64,000 nucleotides of DNA, from positions 39,246,001-39,310,000 of the forward strand of contig NC_043003.1 in assembly GCF_006345805.1 (NCBI RefSeq). The letters are read 5' to 3'. The notes under the pieces are model-generated. The model searched no databases. It worked only from the letters and a program-made list of their open reading frames with translations, and was not told the DNA's origin. The position numbers and the translations under genes were made by a program. Below, in pieces: positions 14,725 to 29,225 of the stretch. Positions within the stretch are counted from its first letter, which is position 1, and each line of letters starts with the position of its first letter. Source of the DNA: Octopus sinensis. Its lineage: Eukaryota.

Positions 14725-14796
<72 letters not shown>

Positions 14797-15599
14797 ATTA
14801 AAAAAAAAACAGAGTAAAATAGACAAGTAAAAAACACAACATGAGGACGTTGTACTGCAGAGTATTAATAAGATGCTCAGAGAAGAAAGGTTGTTTTACG
14901 TTTCGAGCAAAGCTCTTCTTTGGGAACAGGAGACAGAGGAAAGTACAAAACAAAAGGTAGACGGGGGAAAAAAATCGCCACCATGTAGTTACATATATAC
15001 ACACACACATACATACATACAATTATATATATGCGTTATATATATATGTGTGTTAAATTCAATTTACGTTGAAAGTCAACAAAGTTTGCTTTAGAAGCGT
15101 TGAGATGTATTGAAAGATACAGATAAGGAAATAATTTTATTCTCAAACGCAGGATAATGCTAATAATATAGCATGAAAAGGATAAACTATCCATATTTTA
15201 ACAGAAAAATCTGTCAGCGGCCAGCCATGAGACACGAACTCATATCCCTGTGTTTACGCGTCTAGTGCATGTCACACCAGTATTCCTGCTGAATGTCAGG
15301 GACCTTGTGACATCCCACTAGCACAACACCCCATACCTGAGACTTAGTTTCATATAATCAAGCAATATGCATGGTGCTAACGAACCACATCTGAATACGG
15401 ACATATCAAATGCTGAGATTCACATACCAATCTATGTCGTATTTTGAGCTGACAGGAAAGAAATCATAATGGAAATGCAATATACATCCGAGAAGATGTA
15501 CACTTGTAATCCTGCGGTAGAACACATAAAAAAAATTTAAATGGTAATATGTACGACATACCGCCTACCAGAAGCTCTAGATCATGGGGACTCATTCGA

Positions 15600-16230
15600 A
15601 GAGAACCGTCTAAATGGGCCACTCAGAGTCAAGTACAGTGTATGATCTGGAGATTGATATGTCTCTAAGATGGTAGCAATGTGCAGGCGAATGGTCGGGT
15701 GGATTCCGAGAACTTACAGAACAATGGACCAGGAAACTATGCAGGTTCTATGGACGACTGCTTTCAACTGGACTACTGCTTTCAACTGTGTTCACTTCAC
15801 AGTGTCAAATTAATAGCAGAACTTAAGGAAGTTCAGATGGATTGCACAAATGGAACAGTTGTGCTGCTGGGGGGAGACTGAGAGAGTTACGACTCTACTC
15901 TGTGGAGCGAAGACGGTTATATAGATATGGAAGATCCTAGAGGAGCTGGCACTAAACTTTGGCATCGAGAGTTATGCCAACGCACGAACTGAACGTAATT
16001 GCACTGTTTCAAAAATCCCATCCATCCTGTCTAGAATGAAGACCGTGTACTGCAATCTCTCGGGATTCCATGGCCCACAGCTAATATCTTGCGAAAACAT
16101 CGGAGAGATCTACATAGAGTAGGGATAGGAATAACTTCACCTCCTGCTCTTCAAGGTCCCAGATAAATGTACATCATGGAAAGGATCTCGAAAGAGGACA
16201 GTAATATTGAACTCTCTTCTTCACCAAAAG
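15600..16230 (+). mobile_element. CR1/L2-like LINE ORF2 3' fragment, decayed
   Basis: Pieces translate as RRMVGWIPRTYRTMDQETM, LDYCFQLCSLHSVKLIAELKEVQ, LRELRLYSVERR, IWKILE, typical of the post-RT region. Confidence 0.8.
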
Positions 16231-16374
16231 CCAATCAGAAAGAAATGGGCATTGGAAAGGAAATAATATTGACGGTGACCCAGCATAGCCACAACCTTTG
16301 GGTTAAAATGCATAAAAGAATGAAAGAATATATACATATCTACATATTTAGATTCAGAGGGAGAGAGAGAGAGA

Positions 16375-16426
<52 letters not shown>

Positions 16427-16444
16427 TATATATGTATATATGTA

Positions 16445-19130
16445 GAAGGTTGAAAAGGAACACACGAGTTGATATATATGAAAAAAAAGTCAAGGTAGAA
16501 AATGCTAAAATAATTTTATAAAAAAAATTTCAGTACCGGTTTCAGTCATTGAGACTTTTTCAGCTGTATGGAAAACAATTAAATTTGGGAAAAATTAAAA
16601 GAAAAGTTTTTTAAAAGAGTATTTGCATAGTATTCAAATACAAGGGACATTTTCCTTGTTTCTGCCTGACTCTGTCTCTCTTGTTTAATCTTGTGGGTTC
16701 GAGGTCGTTGTGAATTTTTTGTAGGGAAGAAGAAGAAGAAGAAGAAGACGAAGAAGAAGAAGAAGACGAAGAAGAAGAAGAAGAAGAAGGAGAAGAAGAA
16801 GACGACGACGAAGAAGAAGAATAAGACGACGATGACGACGACGACGAAGAAGAAGAAGAAGAAGAAGAAGAGGAGGAGGAGGAGGAAGAGGAAGACGAAG
16901 ACGAAGAAGAAGAAGAGAAGAAGAAGAAGAAAAGAAGAAGAAGAAGAAGAAGAAGAATGCGTAGTATGTTAAATGGTTAGGTGCCCTGAAAGTGAAACGT
17001 TGTGGATGGTAGTAGCGACTGAATTCTTGAGACATTTTGGTTATAATGTTTTGGTTATAATATTTGCGTAGGTATTATTCTAAACAGCAATAGTGGTAAA
17101 GTTAGGAAAGAGGTGGCGGCGAGGAAGAAGACGAAGAAGAAGAAGGAGAAAGAGAAGGAGGAATAAGAAGGAATGTTGGTAGTATGATAGTAGTAGGGTG
17201 TTAAATGGCCAAGTGACCTAAAAGTGGTTCGTTATGGATTATAGCAGTGATTGGGACTGCTTTTTAATGAATTCTTTGGAATCTCTTGAGTGTATCATGT
17301 TTAATATTTGCGTGTGTGTTAGTGTTTTTCTAAGGCCGTGATGGATATGTCGTTTGTTGTAGACACGTTCAAAAGGGGTCTATATTTTGTAATAAAGAGA
17401 GTCTCTTTACTAATTCGTTGGCTACAGATTGTATTGTCCCTGATCTGAAGCTTGATTTTTGTTATTGGCGCGAATGTCTATGTGTTCTATTTTTCTGTTT
17501 TGGGGAATTTTGATCAGGAATCAGTGTAGAGCCATTATTTTACGTAGACTGTTTTTTCTTTGGCCTATGTAGTGTTCTTGACACCCAGAGCAGGTTAGTG
17601 CGTATATCAGGTTCTCCGAAGCACATGTGAAGTTGCTTTTCACTGTGAAACGTTGTCTTTGTTTGAAGGATAACTCTGATCCCTCAATTAAATTGACACA
17701 TATCCCACAGTTGGATCTTTCGCATGTTTTTACTGACGGCTTCTGTGTTGTTGTTGAGCGTATTCTGCGGTTCTTTTTTAGCAGGGGAATGCTTTGAATG
17801 ATGGTGTCGAAAGCTTTTGAGTAAGATTATTTTCCCTATTGATTCATGCTTGGTCAGTGGTGTTCTCTGGACATTGGTATAGTGGGAAAACTAGGAATAT
17901 GGGGGACTTGTTTTGTGCTCAGAGATCTAATTGACCACTAAGTGGTATCTGTCTTGTAGTAGGATCCCTTAATTGTTGGCGGTGGACTGTCATCATTTCC
18001 ATCACGATAAGACTCGTTTGTCCTATGTAGTCTTTGTAGCACCCTTCATACCTTATGGCATAAAGTAAATTTTTTGATGTGCTGGTTAAGTTATTTTTTA
18101 CGACAAAAGTGTGTCCCGACTGGAATTCGTATATTGTCCCTTCAATGAGGTGGATGCAAGTCCAGCAGTTACAACGACATTTTTTGACGTTGGGTGGTGG
18201 GCTTCTGTTGGGTAATTTTGCATTGGTGAGTAGTTTTTCAGGGATTTGGGTTGTCTCTTGCCTTTTTATTATTTTATGGGTTTCGAGTGCTTTTTTTAGG
18301 TGTGGGCCTTGACTTAGTAGTGGGATGTTCTTGTATATAATTGTGTAAGCTTCTGCATTTCTTGGCTTGTGTGCTGAGAGATATGGGAGAATATTTAGTG
18401 TACCTTGAGTGTGTTTCGGTCTTCGTAAGTCTTGATTTTCGACTGTCTTGGCCCGTTCTATTCCATTGTCAATAATGACGTTGGGTAACGTTTTTCGAGA
18501 AGAATTGTCTTTAGTTCCTGGAGTCTTTTTATTTCGAGTTCTATAATTTGAGACAACTGTACAGATTCTTCTCGCTAGGTTGAAGGGGATGTTTGTCTTC
18601 GTGTGCTTTGAGTGATTGGAGGTGAACAGGAGGTATTGTTTGGAATCAGTTGGTTTGTAGTTGATATCAGTTTCAATGTTAGTGTCTTTTTTATAAGAAT
18701 GTCAAGAAAAGGAAGTTGGTATTGACTATATTCCATTATAAATTGGATATGGTTGTTCACATTATTGATTAAATATTTGAAATCATTGAGATAGTCGAGT
18801 GTGTAGGATGAGTCAGTCATTCAAGTAGCGTTTCCAATTCTCCAAGAGGTATTTGTGGAAAGACAGGCCGTATTTTGATTTGGATTGTTTATAGAGTTGT
18901 AATTCTAGGTAGGCCATCACCAGGTTGGCATGAGTTGGGGCACCTTTAATACCCATTACAGTCCTCGATACCTGTCTGTAGGTATTATTATTAAAATTCA
19001 AAAAGTTGTTTTGAAGTATAAACTTAAGGCCCTCGATGATAAATTCTTTGTTTTATTCTTTCCGGGACCTCATTGGGGTATTTTTCTTGCCAGAATTTAA
19101 TGGCTTCCAGTCCATATTGATGTGGGATAC
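16445..19130 (-). mobile_element. 5'-truncated Penelope-like retroelement (RT + GIY-YIG), frameshifted
   Basis: Minus strand: [51 protein letters not shown], then NFTCASENLIYALTCSGCQEHYIGQ (GIY-YIG); GAA-rich 3' region and a terminal repeat with a hammerhead motif. Confidence 0.93.
16531..16566 (-). ncRNA. Hammerhead motif with C3.A8 mismatch (probably inactive)
   Basis: cag CUGAAAA AGUC-ucaau-GACU GAAA CCGG U A cug. Confidence 0.4.
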
Positions 19131-19173
19131 ACATATATGAATATATATATATACACACACGTATATATATATA

Positions 19174-19244
<71 letters not shown>

Positions 19245-19721
19245 ATATATTATAATATATATATGTATATGTATGTGTATGCATATATGTGTATATGTAT
19301 ACACACACATATATATATATATATGTGTGTATTGAAATGTGTGCCAAAAATGAGCTTCAGCCAATAATGATATTTTATAGACGTTTTAATGAAACAACTT
19401 GGTCATTTACATAAACACCTACTCACTCTCAAACATGTAAAGATGAACGCAAGTGCATACACCGATTTACGCACTCACTCACTCACTCACTCACCACCAC
19501 CGTTCACGTATGTATTATAAAATTATGTATACTCGTGTTACTTTTTTCGATATCAAATAACTATACTCCGTCTCTGAAGTATCCCTACACATTGTGAGTT
19601 GTTTTGGCTCTTATTTCTAGCAATGCTGGTGCTGACCAGCACCCGCCATCACTTTAGTGATTATATATATGTGTGTGTGTGTGTGAGAGAGAGAGCGAGA
19701 GAGTTTGTGAGTGTGTGTAAG

Positions 19722-19810
<89 letters not shown>

Positions 19811-20056
19811 TATATTTGAGTAATTGAATGAATTATCTTATTAAAGATAATTCGAAATATAACCGATACCTGGGTAGCAAATTCACATCAGAAAAAACAC
19901 GGTTGAAGCTACGTCCCTAGGGCATAGACTACGTGTCTTCGTGAGGAATTTGTATGTTTATTTTAAAATATAAGTATATGAAAGAATGGAGTTGAACGAG
20001 TTGTCGAGAATAAAGGATATTTGTTAACTAGTCGTTCAACTCCATTCTTTCATATA

Positions 20057-20059
<3 letters not shown>

Positions 20060-20139
<80 letters not shown>

Positions 20140-20634
20140 GTGTGTATATATATATGTATATGTATATATAGCGCAATGACATAACTGTTTCCTTTCCCCG
20201 GTATTTTTCGTGTAAAACGTATCACGTCGAAATAGATATCTCATGGATATGAAACGTAAACAAGAAAAACACATTCTATTTCCCTGTTTTATCTGAAACG
20301 ATAATCTAAAGTAATTGTCAGTGTCATAACCAACGGAATAACCAGGCACTTTCCCTAACTCTCTCTCTCTCTCTCTGTCTTTCTCTTCTTCTCACACTCA
20401 CATAGACCTACACCACACACACACACACTTATATGACCGCGCACATATGTATTCGCTTATTTAACCATCCATCCTTTAGTACTTACATACATGCTTACAA
20501 AAACAGGCATATGCATGCGTACGTACAAGTGTTCGCACATTCGCGCACGTGCACACACACACACCGACGCTCTCTCTCATACACATATATACATCAAACA
20601 TATATGTGTGTATGTATGTATATATAAACACACA

Positions 20635-20698
<64 letters not shown>

Positions 20699-20820
20699 CG
20701 CGTATATATGTATGTAAGTATATGTATGTGTTTGTATATGTTTGCAATATGTATATCTATATATGTATGTATATACATATGTGTATATATACATATATAT
20801 ATATATATGTGTATATATAT

Positions 20821-20865
<45 letters not shown>

Positions 20866-20917
20866 TATATATATATAAGCATATATACATGTATATATAT
20901 ATGCATATATACATGTA

Positions 20918-20975
<58 letters not shown>

Positions 20976-21030
20976 ATATATACATATATATGTATATATA
21001 TGTGTGTGTGTGCGTGTATGTATTAATAAA
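20060..21030. repeat. (TA)n/(CA)n/(TATG)n microsatellite field
   Basis: Directly visible; source of the YI-repeat ORFs. Confidence 0.9.
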
Positions 21031-22327
21031 TTGTGACAAGAATGACATTCAGTCAATAAAGATATTTTGTAGCCGTTTTTATTGAGACAACGTGACTATT
21101 TACGTAATCATCTATTCCCTCTCAAACGCGTTAAGACGCGCGCAAGTGCAAATACTCACCCACCACCCCACCACCACCACCACCACCACCATTACCACCA
21201 CTTCACACGTATATATTATATATTATATATTATATATCACATATACTCCCTTAACTTTTTCGAGATCAAATGACTATACTCCGTCTCTGAAATATGGCAG
21301 CACATTGTTAGTAATCTGTTGTTTTTATGTCCTGTTCATAACACCTATCGTATTTTGTGCGTTTGATGATGACGATCAGGCAGATGGTGGGTGGTGAGGG
21401 TGGGGGTAGTGGTTGTGAACGTGGTGTCGGTGCTCCTGCTGCTGCTGCTGCTGCTTGTAACAATGGTAACGATGATAGTACTTGTGATGTATTGGCAATT
21501 GTTTTTGCGTTGGGGTTAATGATAGTGGCAGAGATGACTGTGAATTTGGCTGTGGTGTTGTTGTTGTTGGTGGTGGTGGTGGTGGTGGTGGTGTGGTAGG
21601 AATGGTATCGATGGCACAGACCTTGCCCGTGGTGATGCCTGTGAGTGCGTGGTGGTGCTGATGGTAAATACACAAATACATAAAGTCTTATTTATTGGAA
21701 TGTAGATTACGAAAACAAACTCACATTTTAAACATGAGAAAAGTCTTGCATATTTCTGCTGTCCTATTTACAGATTGTATTTGTAATGCAATTATGTACA
21801 TGTATATGTACACACACACACATCTTTAAATATTTTGCAGAAGCAGCAAAGTGGCTCAAGGACCAAGAGTTTCGTGCATTGGCACTTATCAAACTTTCGG
21901 CCCTTGAGCCACTCTTTTGCTTCTATTAATATAAAGATATTACGGAGATGTACTTGCATAGCGAGTGACTTGATCTGAGATCGTGTGCTGGAACGAAAAC
22001 AATTGCAGCATGGAAGGTGTTTATAAGCCATTTAAGAAACACACAAAAACCGTTAGATTCACTTCAACATTTAAATTTAATTTGTCAAAATATTTTCGTT
22101 GCTTTGAGACCGCGACTTCTTCACTGACAAAACACCTTCCACGCTGCAATGTAAAGATACATATAGTCATATTTTGAGTTGTATTTTTACTGTTTGTATC
22201 ACCATACCCCCCACGTATATATGTACATAGTGTATGTATGTATGTATGTATGTATGTATGTATGTATGTATGTATGTATGTATGTATGTTTGTATGTATG
22301 TATGTATGTATGTATGTATGTATGTAT

Positions 22328-22590
22328 GTATATTAGCTGAATAGCCTGTTGCAATTTTGCCGGGCAATTTTTACACTAGAATGTCTTATATAGATTTTTG
22401 TTTATTCCATGTCAAACCATACCTTCTCCGACCGATAGGTCTGTTGATCAGGACAGATTTGTGCAATTTTTCGCAAAAAGACTTCGTTGAACTGCGTGTT
22501 AATTTAACATGTATGGAAAGATTCGTCAAGATTGGTTCACTGGTGGATGCAGATCGACAGACAGAAATTGCCATTTATGTATAAGATATA
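22328..22590 (+). mobile_element. Non-autonomous Helitron-like (HINE/DINE-type) element
   Basis: Starts tatattagctgaatagcc...tttgccgggc and ends cgtcaagattggttc...gacagacagaaattgccatttatgtataagat, recalled as typical of such elements. Confidence 0.5.
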
Positions 22591-22609
22591 TATATTACAT
22601 TCATGTATA

Positions 22610-22648
<39 letters not shown>

Positions 22649-22834
22649 TACATAAGAGATCTACTTTTTCTGGGAATTAATACTAAATTACAAGCATTTA
22701 ACTTTATGTAATTTTAGCCAATCAAATGCCGTCATTGTTTTCATATCATTTATGCTGATTGCTCATTACCATGGAGGTCAGTATACATTGAACCTTTATG
22801 TGATCTCCTCATCTACTAGAAACGGTAGTCAATG

Positions 22835-23135
22835 CTTCCTCCTAGAAGCGTGGCACCTTGGGCAAGTGTCTTCTACAATTGCCTCGAGCGGACCAAAGCC
22901 TTGCGGGTGGGTTTTCAAGACAAAAAGCGAAAGAAACCCGTCATGTATGTGTGTGTGTGTATCTTTGTATCAGTGTTTGTTCCCTCCCTACCGCTTGGCA
23001 ACTTAGTGGTTCAACAAAAGAGATCCGATAAAATAATTACTAGGCTTTAAAAAATAAGCCCCTGAGTTGAATTAGCCCATCAAATCTCTTTAAAGCGGTG
23101 CCCCAGTACGGGCATAGTCAAATGACTGAAACAAT
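22835..23135 (+). mobile_element. SINE family A copy (the only + copy seen)
   Basis: gcgtggcaccttgggcaagtgtcttctac...gcggtgccccagtac...gtcaaatgactgaaac. Confidence 0.88.
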
Positions 23136-23139
23136 AACG

Positions 23140-24034
23140 CAGATTTTTTTATACTTCGTTTATTTTTCAAAATTAAGATAAACAAATTGCTTTATTAATC
23201 TAAAATATACTCTCCTTCATTTTCTACAATGCCCTACAATCTGTCTGGTAGACTTGCAAGGCCTGTCTTCCAAAATTCTCTTGTCCGTAACGAAAAATAC
23301 TCCTCCAGTACTGTTCTGACCTCGTCTACAGAATTCTTATTTTCTCCGTCCAAATGATTTTCAAAACTGCGAAATAAATTATAATCAGATGGGGTATTGT
23401 CCGGCGAATATAGTGGGTGGGGCATCGTTTCCCATTCAAACTGCTCCAGCCTTTGGAATGTCATCCTTGCTGTATGTGACTGATCGTTATCCTGATGGAA
23501 GAACACATTTCGTCTTGAAACCTAACATGGTCGTTTTTCTTCTAGCGCTGGTGTCGATGAATGGTTGAATGACCAAATCCAAGTTTCTTTGCTAGTTTCT
23601 CGCTAGGATTTTGTTTCACAAGGGTTGGCAGGACGTCCTCGTCGAGCCCTACAGATCTTCCAGGACGAGGCTCGTCTTCTAGGCTGTAGTTTCCGGCTAG
23701 GAATATCTAGAACCACCGTTGACACTGGCTTACACTTATTGTTCGATCCCCATATACTGCATTAATATTCATCGCACTTTCTGTTGCGATGTTGCCTTTA
23801 TTGAACTCATAAAGCAAAATATGCTGATTACGCTCCTTTGTCATTTCCATTATAGTTTTGAAAAAATAACTGTTATAATTGAACTCCAGTCTTCAAAACT
23901 TACACTAAGAATAAAGACTAGGTACAATTATTGCCTGCTTTTAAAGCAAGTTAATGCAGGTAGTTTATTCTGCTCCCATTCGAATTTTAGGTCATGCAAT
24001 TGAAAAAACCGCATTATTTATGGGATGACACAAT
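23140..24034 (-). mobile_element. Mariner (DD34D) internally deleted copy
   Basis: Minus strand: HILLYEFNKG N-terminus, then HQDN..SHTARMT...HPLYSPD.TPSDYNLFRS; TIR ttgtgtcatcccataaaataatgcgg with TA at 24035-24036. Confidence 0.92.
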
Positions 24035-24865
24035 AACATTTCAAATCATATTGAAGGGAAATTTTACGGTGGAATGGATGTAAAGGAAGGCCAATAGAAG
24101 TAAGTGGAGGGAGGAAGTAGGCAGCTCAATGGGTGTGCCGGGAGTGTTGAAGCAAGGAAGAGATAGGAGATTCAGAGCAGGAGAGGGAGGGGTGAGTGAC
24201 CAGGGTATTGAGAGAAGTAGAAGTGGTGAGTCGGGTGATGAATGGGAAGGGGTACGGAGGGGTGGTCGTTGTTTGGTTTGACAACAAATGTTATAAGTTG
24301 GCGATAGTCGGGGCTATAGAACCGAGAGGGGGTGATACAATGAGAGAGTGGGGAAGTGAATATTAAATTGAAGGGTGGCGAAGGGAGAATTCAAAGAATG
24401 AAGATGGGTTGACGACGGAGGAAGAATACAGAAGTAGGTAGAAAATATGAGAGTCAATAGAGCGTGGGGTGGACAGAGAGGGAGAAAGAGGGATAGGGTG
24501 GTAGCAAGAGCAAGTTAGTGCTAAGTTGTTCTGGTTGAAATTGTTCGGAGAAAATGGGAAAGGAATTCGAAGTATGAGGATGGGGTGGCGGTAAAGGAGG
24601 ATATGCTGGGTGAAAGGAATGTGCAATAGACAGTAGCCCTTACATACATATGTAAATATGACATTCATTCGTCAGTTTGTATGATCCAAATCAAAGTGGA
24701 GTGCTCAATAGATGCTGTAGAGCACATAGTTTTATTTTTTATTGAATCTGAGATTTTGTTTTGCGATTCAAGTTTTTTTCTCATTGCTAATCTTTTCTTT
24801 CAGAAGAAGAATATAAACGAGAAACGTAAATGACTTTTCATTCTATTTCTTCCCATTTCCATATA

Positions 24866-25205
24866 TATTTTCTCCTCGACTTACGATCTATATAACTTAC
24901 GGCCATCCGCACTTACGACCATCTGCATTCACGACCACAAAATAAATAAACAAATAAATAATCGGACGGTAATCGAACGTTGGACAGCTGCGCGTACGAT
25001 AACTATGGCAGCATCTGGCAACGCAGGCCGCCTTCAGACCTAGGCATCCACTACCTGCTACTGTGTCTGAGTCGTTTTCAAGCATCAGTTGCGTTTGAAT
25101 GAAAATAGTATTGAAAAATATAAATTCGACATACGACCAATCAAATCGACTTACGAACTCTCAGGTGGAACGGAACTCGTTCGTAAGTCGAGGAGAAGGT
25201 GTATA
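24866..25205. mobile_element. Tigger/pogo-like MITE just upstream of the first mapped exon
   Basis: Inverted termini ttctcctcgacttacga ... tcgtaagtcgaggagaa, flanked by TA. Confidence 0.8.
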
Positions 25206-25263
25206 ATGTTTAAATTTTGAAACGGATATTACATTCAATTTATTGTTTCTCTTTCGTTTCCAG

Positions 25264-25434
25264 CTGTACGAAACCTACCTAGCGGATAGTGTGACATTGA
25301 TAGATACGGTAATAGAAGAAATGTCTCTGGACGCTAGTGCACAAGAGAAACCATGGAACATTTGCTGTCCGCTTAGTGGCTGCACCATGCATGATGTAGC
25401 ACCATCCGTTCAATTCATGGAAAAAGCAGTGGAT
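25264..25434 (+). CDS. Receptor exon (ATD): [20 protein letters not shown]...FMEKAVD
   Basis: tttcgtttccag acceptor, GAT|gtgagt donor, 171 nt, phase 0/0, only this frame is open; resembles the IR25a ATD helix AFYFDLALRSFLTIKEM. Confidence 0.78.
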
Positions 25435-26652
25435 GTGAGTACCTCCTTCCCTTTGTTTTACACATATGTTGCTTCATGATAATATGAAACGTCTGGTGAT
25501 GGTGAAGAGTATAATAATGTTGGAATAGTAAGGTTTGGATGGTGATGGTTGTATTATTATTATGGCTACTGTTGTTGTTATTATTTTTGTTGTTGTCGTT
25601 GTATGCCAATTACAACTGGGGTTGTTCTGGAGAAACAGGAGCTGTTTATGTTACAGCACTAGACAAGATTGCTTTAAGAAGCCCAGAAGGGATTATCTTT
25701 CCTCATCGAGCGAGATAATATTGCGCCGGCTCCTACACCATTATTTTATATTATGCAGTTAGAAAAATAAACAGAAAAAAGAAGAGCTAATATTTGTAGA
25801 CTTGCACATAGTCCACTTTGCCTGAAGAGGCTCAGAGGGACTTGACTACCCTCATCTAGGTAGATTATCTCCTGTCAGATGCCAAAATGCTATTTCAGAC
25901 ATTAAACTTTTACGTAACCTCGAGATTTTTATGTAGTTCTTAATGTCTTGCGCCGTTATGGCCACTAATAGAAATCATCATCATTGTCGTCGTCATCACC
26001 ATTATTATCATCATCATCATTATTGTTGTTCTTGTTGTTATTATTATCGAGTGAGTGAGCAGTGCATGCCATCAAAGTGTCACTGAGGTGCAAATATACG
26101 AAGTCCAATATACCCATTTACCCCTTTGATAAGGGCACATCAGGCACATGCATCATAACCATATGTGCATGACATGGTGATCTCATATGAAGATAAACAG
26201 CGCATGACCTTGCAGGTGGGGCCTAGTTAGCATTTTCTTCAGGTCAAGTAGCCCCTACCATTCAAAAGGTCCCTGAATAAGGATTGTTTAAGGATGTTGA
26301 ACACAACACCTATGTTTCCAAAGGCGAATTATCCAAATCCCAAAGAATTCCTCTCAACATATGGCTATAATGCTCCCCCACTACTTCTGCTCGTGATCAA
26401 AGATGCACATATCGTCAGCCACCAAGGAACATGCTCAACTGGTTGAGGTCAAACAACTGACAAGCAGATCTGTGGTATAGAGCAGAGTATTTGCTGTAGC
26501 CCATCTTTTATACCAAGACAAAACAATATACATGATAACACTTCCAATCAGTTAAGATCAGAAGTCATGAGAGCCACTGCCTGGTATTACATCAGGGAAT
26601 TGGTACTAAATCAGCGCATGGTACTGCATCAGGGCATGGTTATTATTATTAT

Positions 26653-26685
<33 letters not shown>

Positions 26686-26732
26686 TATTATTGTTATTAT
26701 TATTATTATTATTACTATTATTATTATTATAT

Positions 26733-26773
<41 letters not shown>

Positions 26774-26784
26774 ACTACTACTAC

Positions 26785-26839
<55 letters not shown>

Positions 26840-27314
26840 TATAGCAGCAGCAGTAGTAGTAGTAGTGGTTGTGGTGGTTGTGGAAAAAGTAGAAAAAGAA
26901 TTTGCTGTTATTGTAGTGGTGGGGGCGGTGGTGGCTGTGAATATAATTTTTAGATGGTCTTTGCATAATAATTGCTAATTGTCATTTCTTCGTGACATAA
27001 GTAATATGAGCGGTGGAGTAACTAATGAAATAACCAAAATAATTCCTCTTCTATGATACAGACACAGTTTTATGGATGTAGCGGACCATTCTCATTTGAT
27101 TCCAAGACTGGACATCGCCAGGTGACTTTTGGCTTGTATCATCTAAAGAACTCTGATATCGCTGAACAGGTGAGACAAAGTGGCGATTTCATATGATTTG
27201 GTTTAATTTAAATGTAGAAACGTTTAATAGATAGAGATTGTGTTGATGATATGTAGGTAGACACAGTGTGTAGATGCTGACTGGTTAGATAGTTGCAGGA
27301 TGTTAACGTTGACT

Positions 27315-27363
<49 letters not shown>

Positions 27364-28032
27364 CACACACACACATATGCGCACATGCACGCACACACAA
27401 GAGTATGTGTGTGATTTCGTGTCAAAGTTTAGTAGTATACCATTAGATTATGTAATGTGTAATGTGTATCCGAACAAAATATTTATCTTGACTTAGTTCG
27501 TCCAATTTATTTTCTGAAATTAAGTCACAAGAAGATCCATGTTCCATTTCCTTCGTTCGAGAAAACAAGCATCATTCAAGAACAGGGTTACATATATCTA
27601 ATGAAATATATAGAGATATACAGGGTGTCCCCTATATATATATATACATATATAGTTAATCCAAACATGAAAACACCAAGAGAAAACACAACAACGCGAG
27701 GACGTGGAACAAGTATAGTATTATTGGACGCCCAGGAAAGAAGGAAAGAAGTAGGGTTTAACGTTTCGAGCGGAGATCTTCGTCAGAAACATAGGAAAAG
27801 GAAAGATCCAAAGAAGGGAAGACGGAGGGAAAAATCGCCAACGGTACACACGGTCACATTTTGAATGTATATATATATATATATATATATCAGCCGAAAT
27901 TGCTAAGATGATCTGGTTCTTGACTGATGACTGAGGGCTTCGAATGTCCCGTCCTGTGGTTCTTGTGTCGTCTCTGTGGTGTTTCATGTTCTTGTCCATG
28001 TCTGTAATTATTTTTACTGTTTACCTATATAT

Positions 28033-28110
<78 letters not shown>

Positions 28111-28368
28111 CTCTTTTGTTTCAGTCATTTGACTGCGGCCATGCTGGAGCACCGCCTTTATAGTCGAGCAAATCGATCTCAGAGCTGATTCTCGTAAGCC
28201 TAGTACTTACTATATCGGTATCTTTTGCCGAACCGCTAATTACAGGCACGTAGGCTCACCAGCACCGGTTATCAAGCGATATTGAGGGGACAAGCACAAA
28301 CACACGAACACATATATACATACATATACATACATATACATATATATATATATATATATAATATATAT

Positions 28369-28406
<38 letters not shown>

Positions 28407-29194
28407 GTGTGTGTGTGTGTATATATATATGAAAAAGGAAAAGAATGACATCACTATTAGTTCTAACCAATTTAATGTTTAATAATATAATTTTACAATT
28501 TGGTTTGTAGATCTAGTGAGTTGCTTGGAGATCAGTTTAACAATCGCCACCGACGAATGCGAGCAAGTTCTCCAGAAAAGTTAACATGGGCTCTTTAAAA
28601 AATATATTCACAGAAGTTAACAAAGAACTTGCAAGAACTACAAACCAAACTGTAAAATTATATTATTGAAAAATTAAATTAATTAGAACTACCAGTCATT
28701 ATTTTCCTTTCTCAAATGTACCTAACTGTACCAAGAATTTTACATTTTCTTATATATATATTTCGCTTTGGGATTTGGTTTGCAAGATTCTTTATTATGT
28801 GAGTTCGTATGTTGGAGCATATTTTCTCGTGTCTTGGGAGAGTCGTTCTCTTTTTTTTTATTTATTTCTTAAATAAATATTGTTTAACTCTATTTGCTTA
28901 TTTATTTAGCTATTATCATTAACCTGAAGATTGACTATAATTTTAATTCGAATTTATTTCAATTGAATTTAAACTTAATTGTAATTCGAATTTAATTCTA
29001 GCCATGAAACGTGCGTAGTGTTTTTACTTATTATATTATATATCTATCATTCATTTTCTACTTTTTGAGATCAAGTTATAAGTTATATATTTATAAAAAA
29101 AATTATATATATATATATTATTAGTTATTTATGTATTGGTTTATGTCTATCACTGTTTGAGTTGCATAATAGTGGTTTTTATCTCTAATTCATA

Positions 29195-29225
<31 letters not shown>

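Noticed and set aside
15205-15320. Acceptor-flanked ORF containing HIPVFT
   Set aside because: Overlaps a reversed tRNA/SINE-like head and terminates early.
22718-22776. 59-nt AG...GTCAGT exon candidate
   Set aside because: The phase-0-ending frame has a stop; the other frames show no clear ATD similarity.
24804-24825. 22-nt micro-exon candidate (strong acceptor, gtaaat donor)
   Set aside because: The only frame ending in phase 0 contains TAA, so it cannot join exon 25264.
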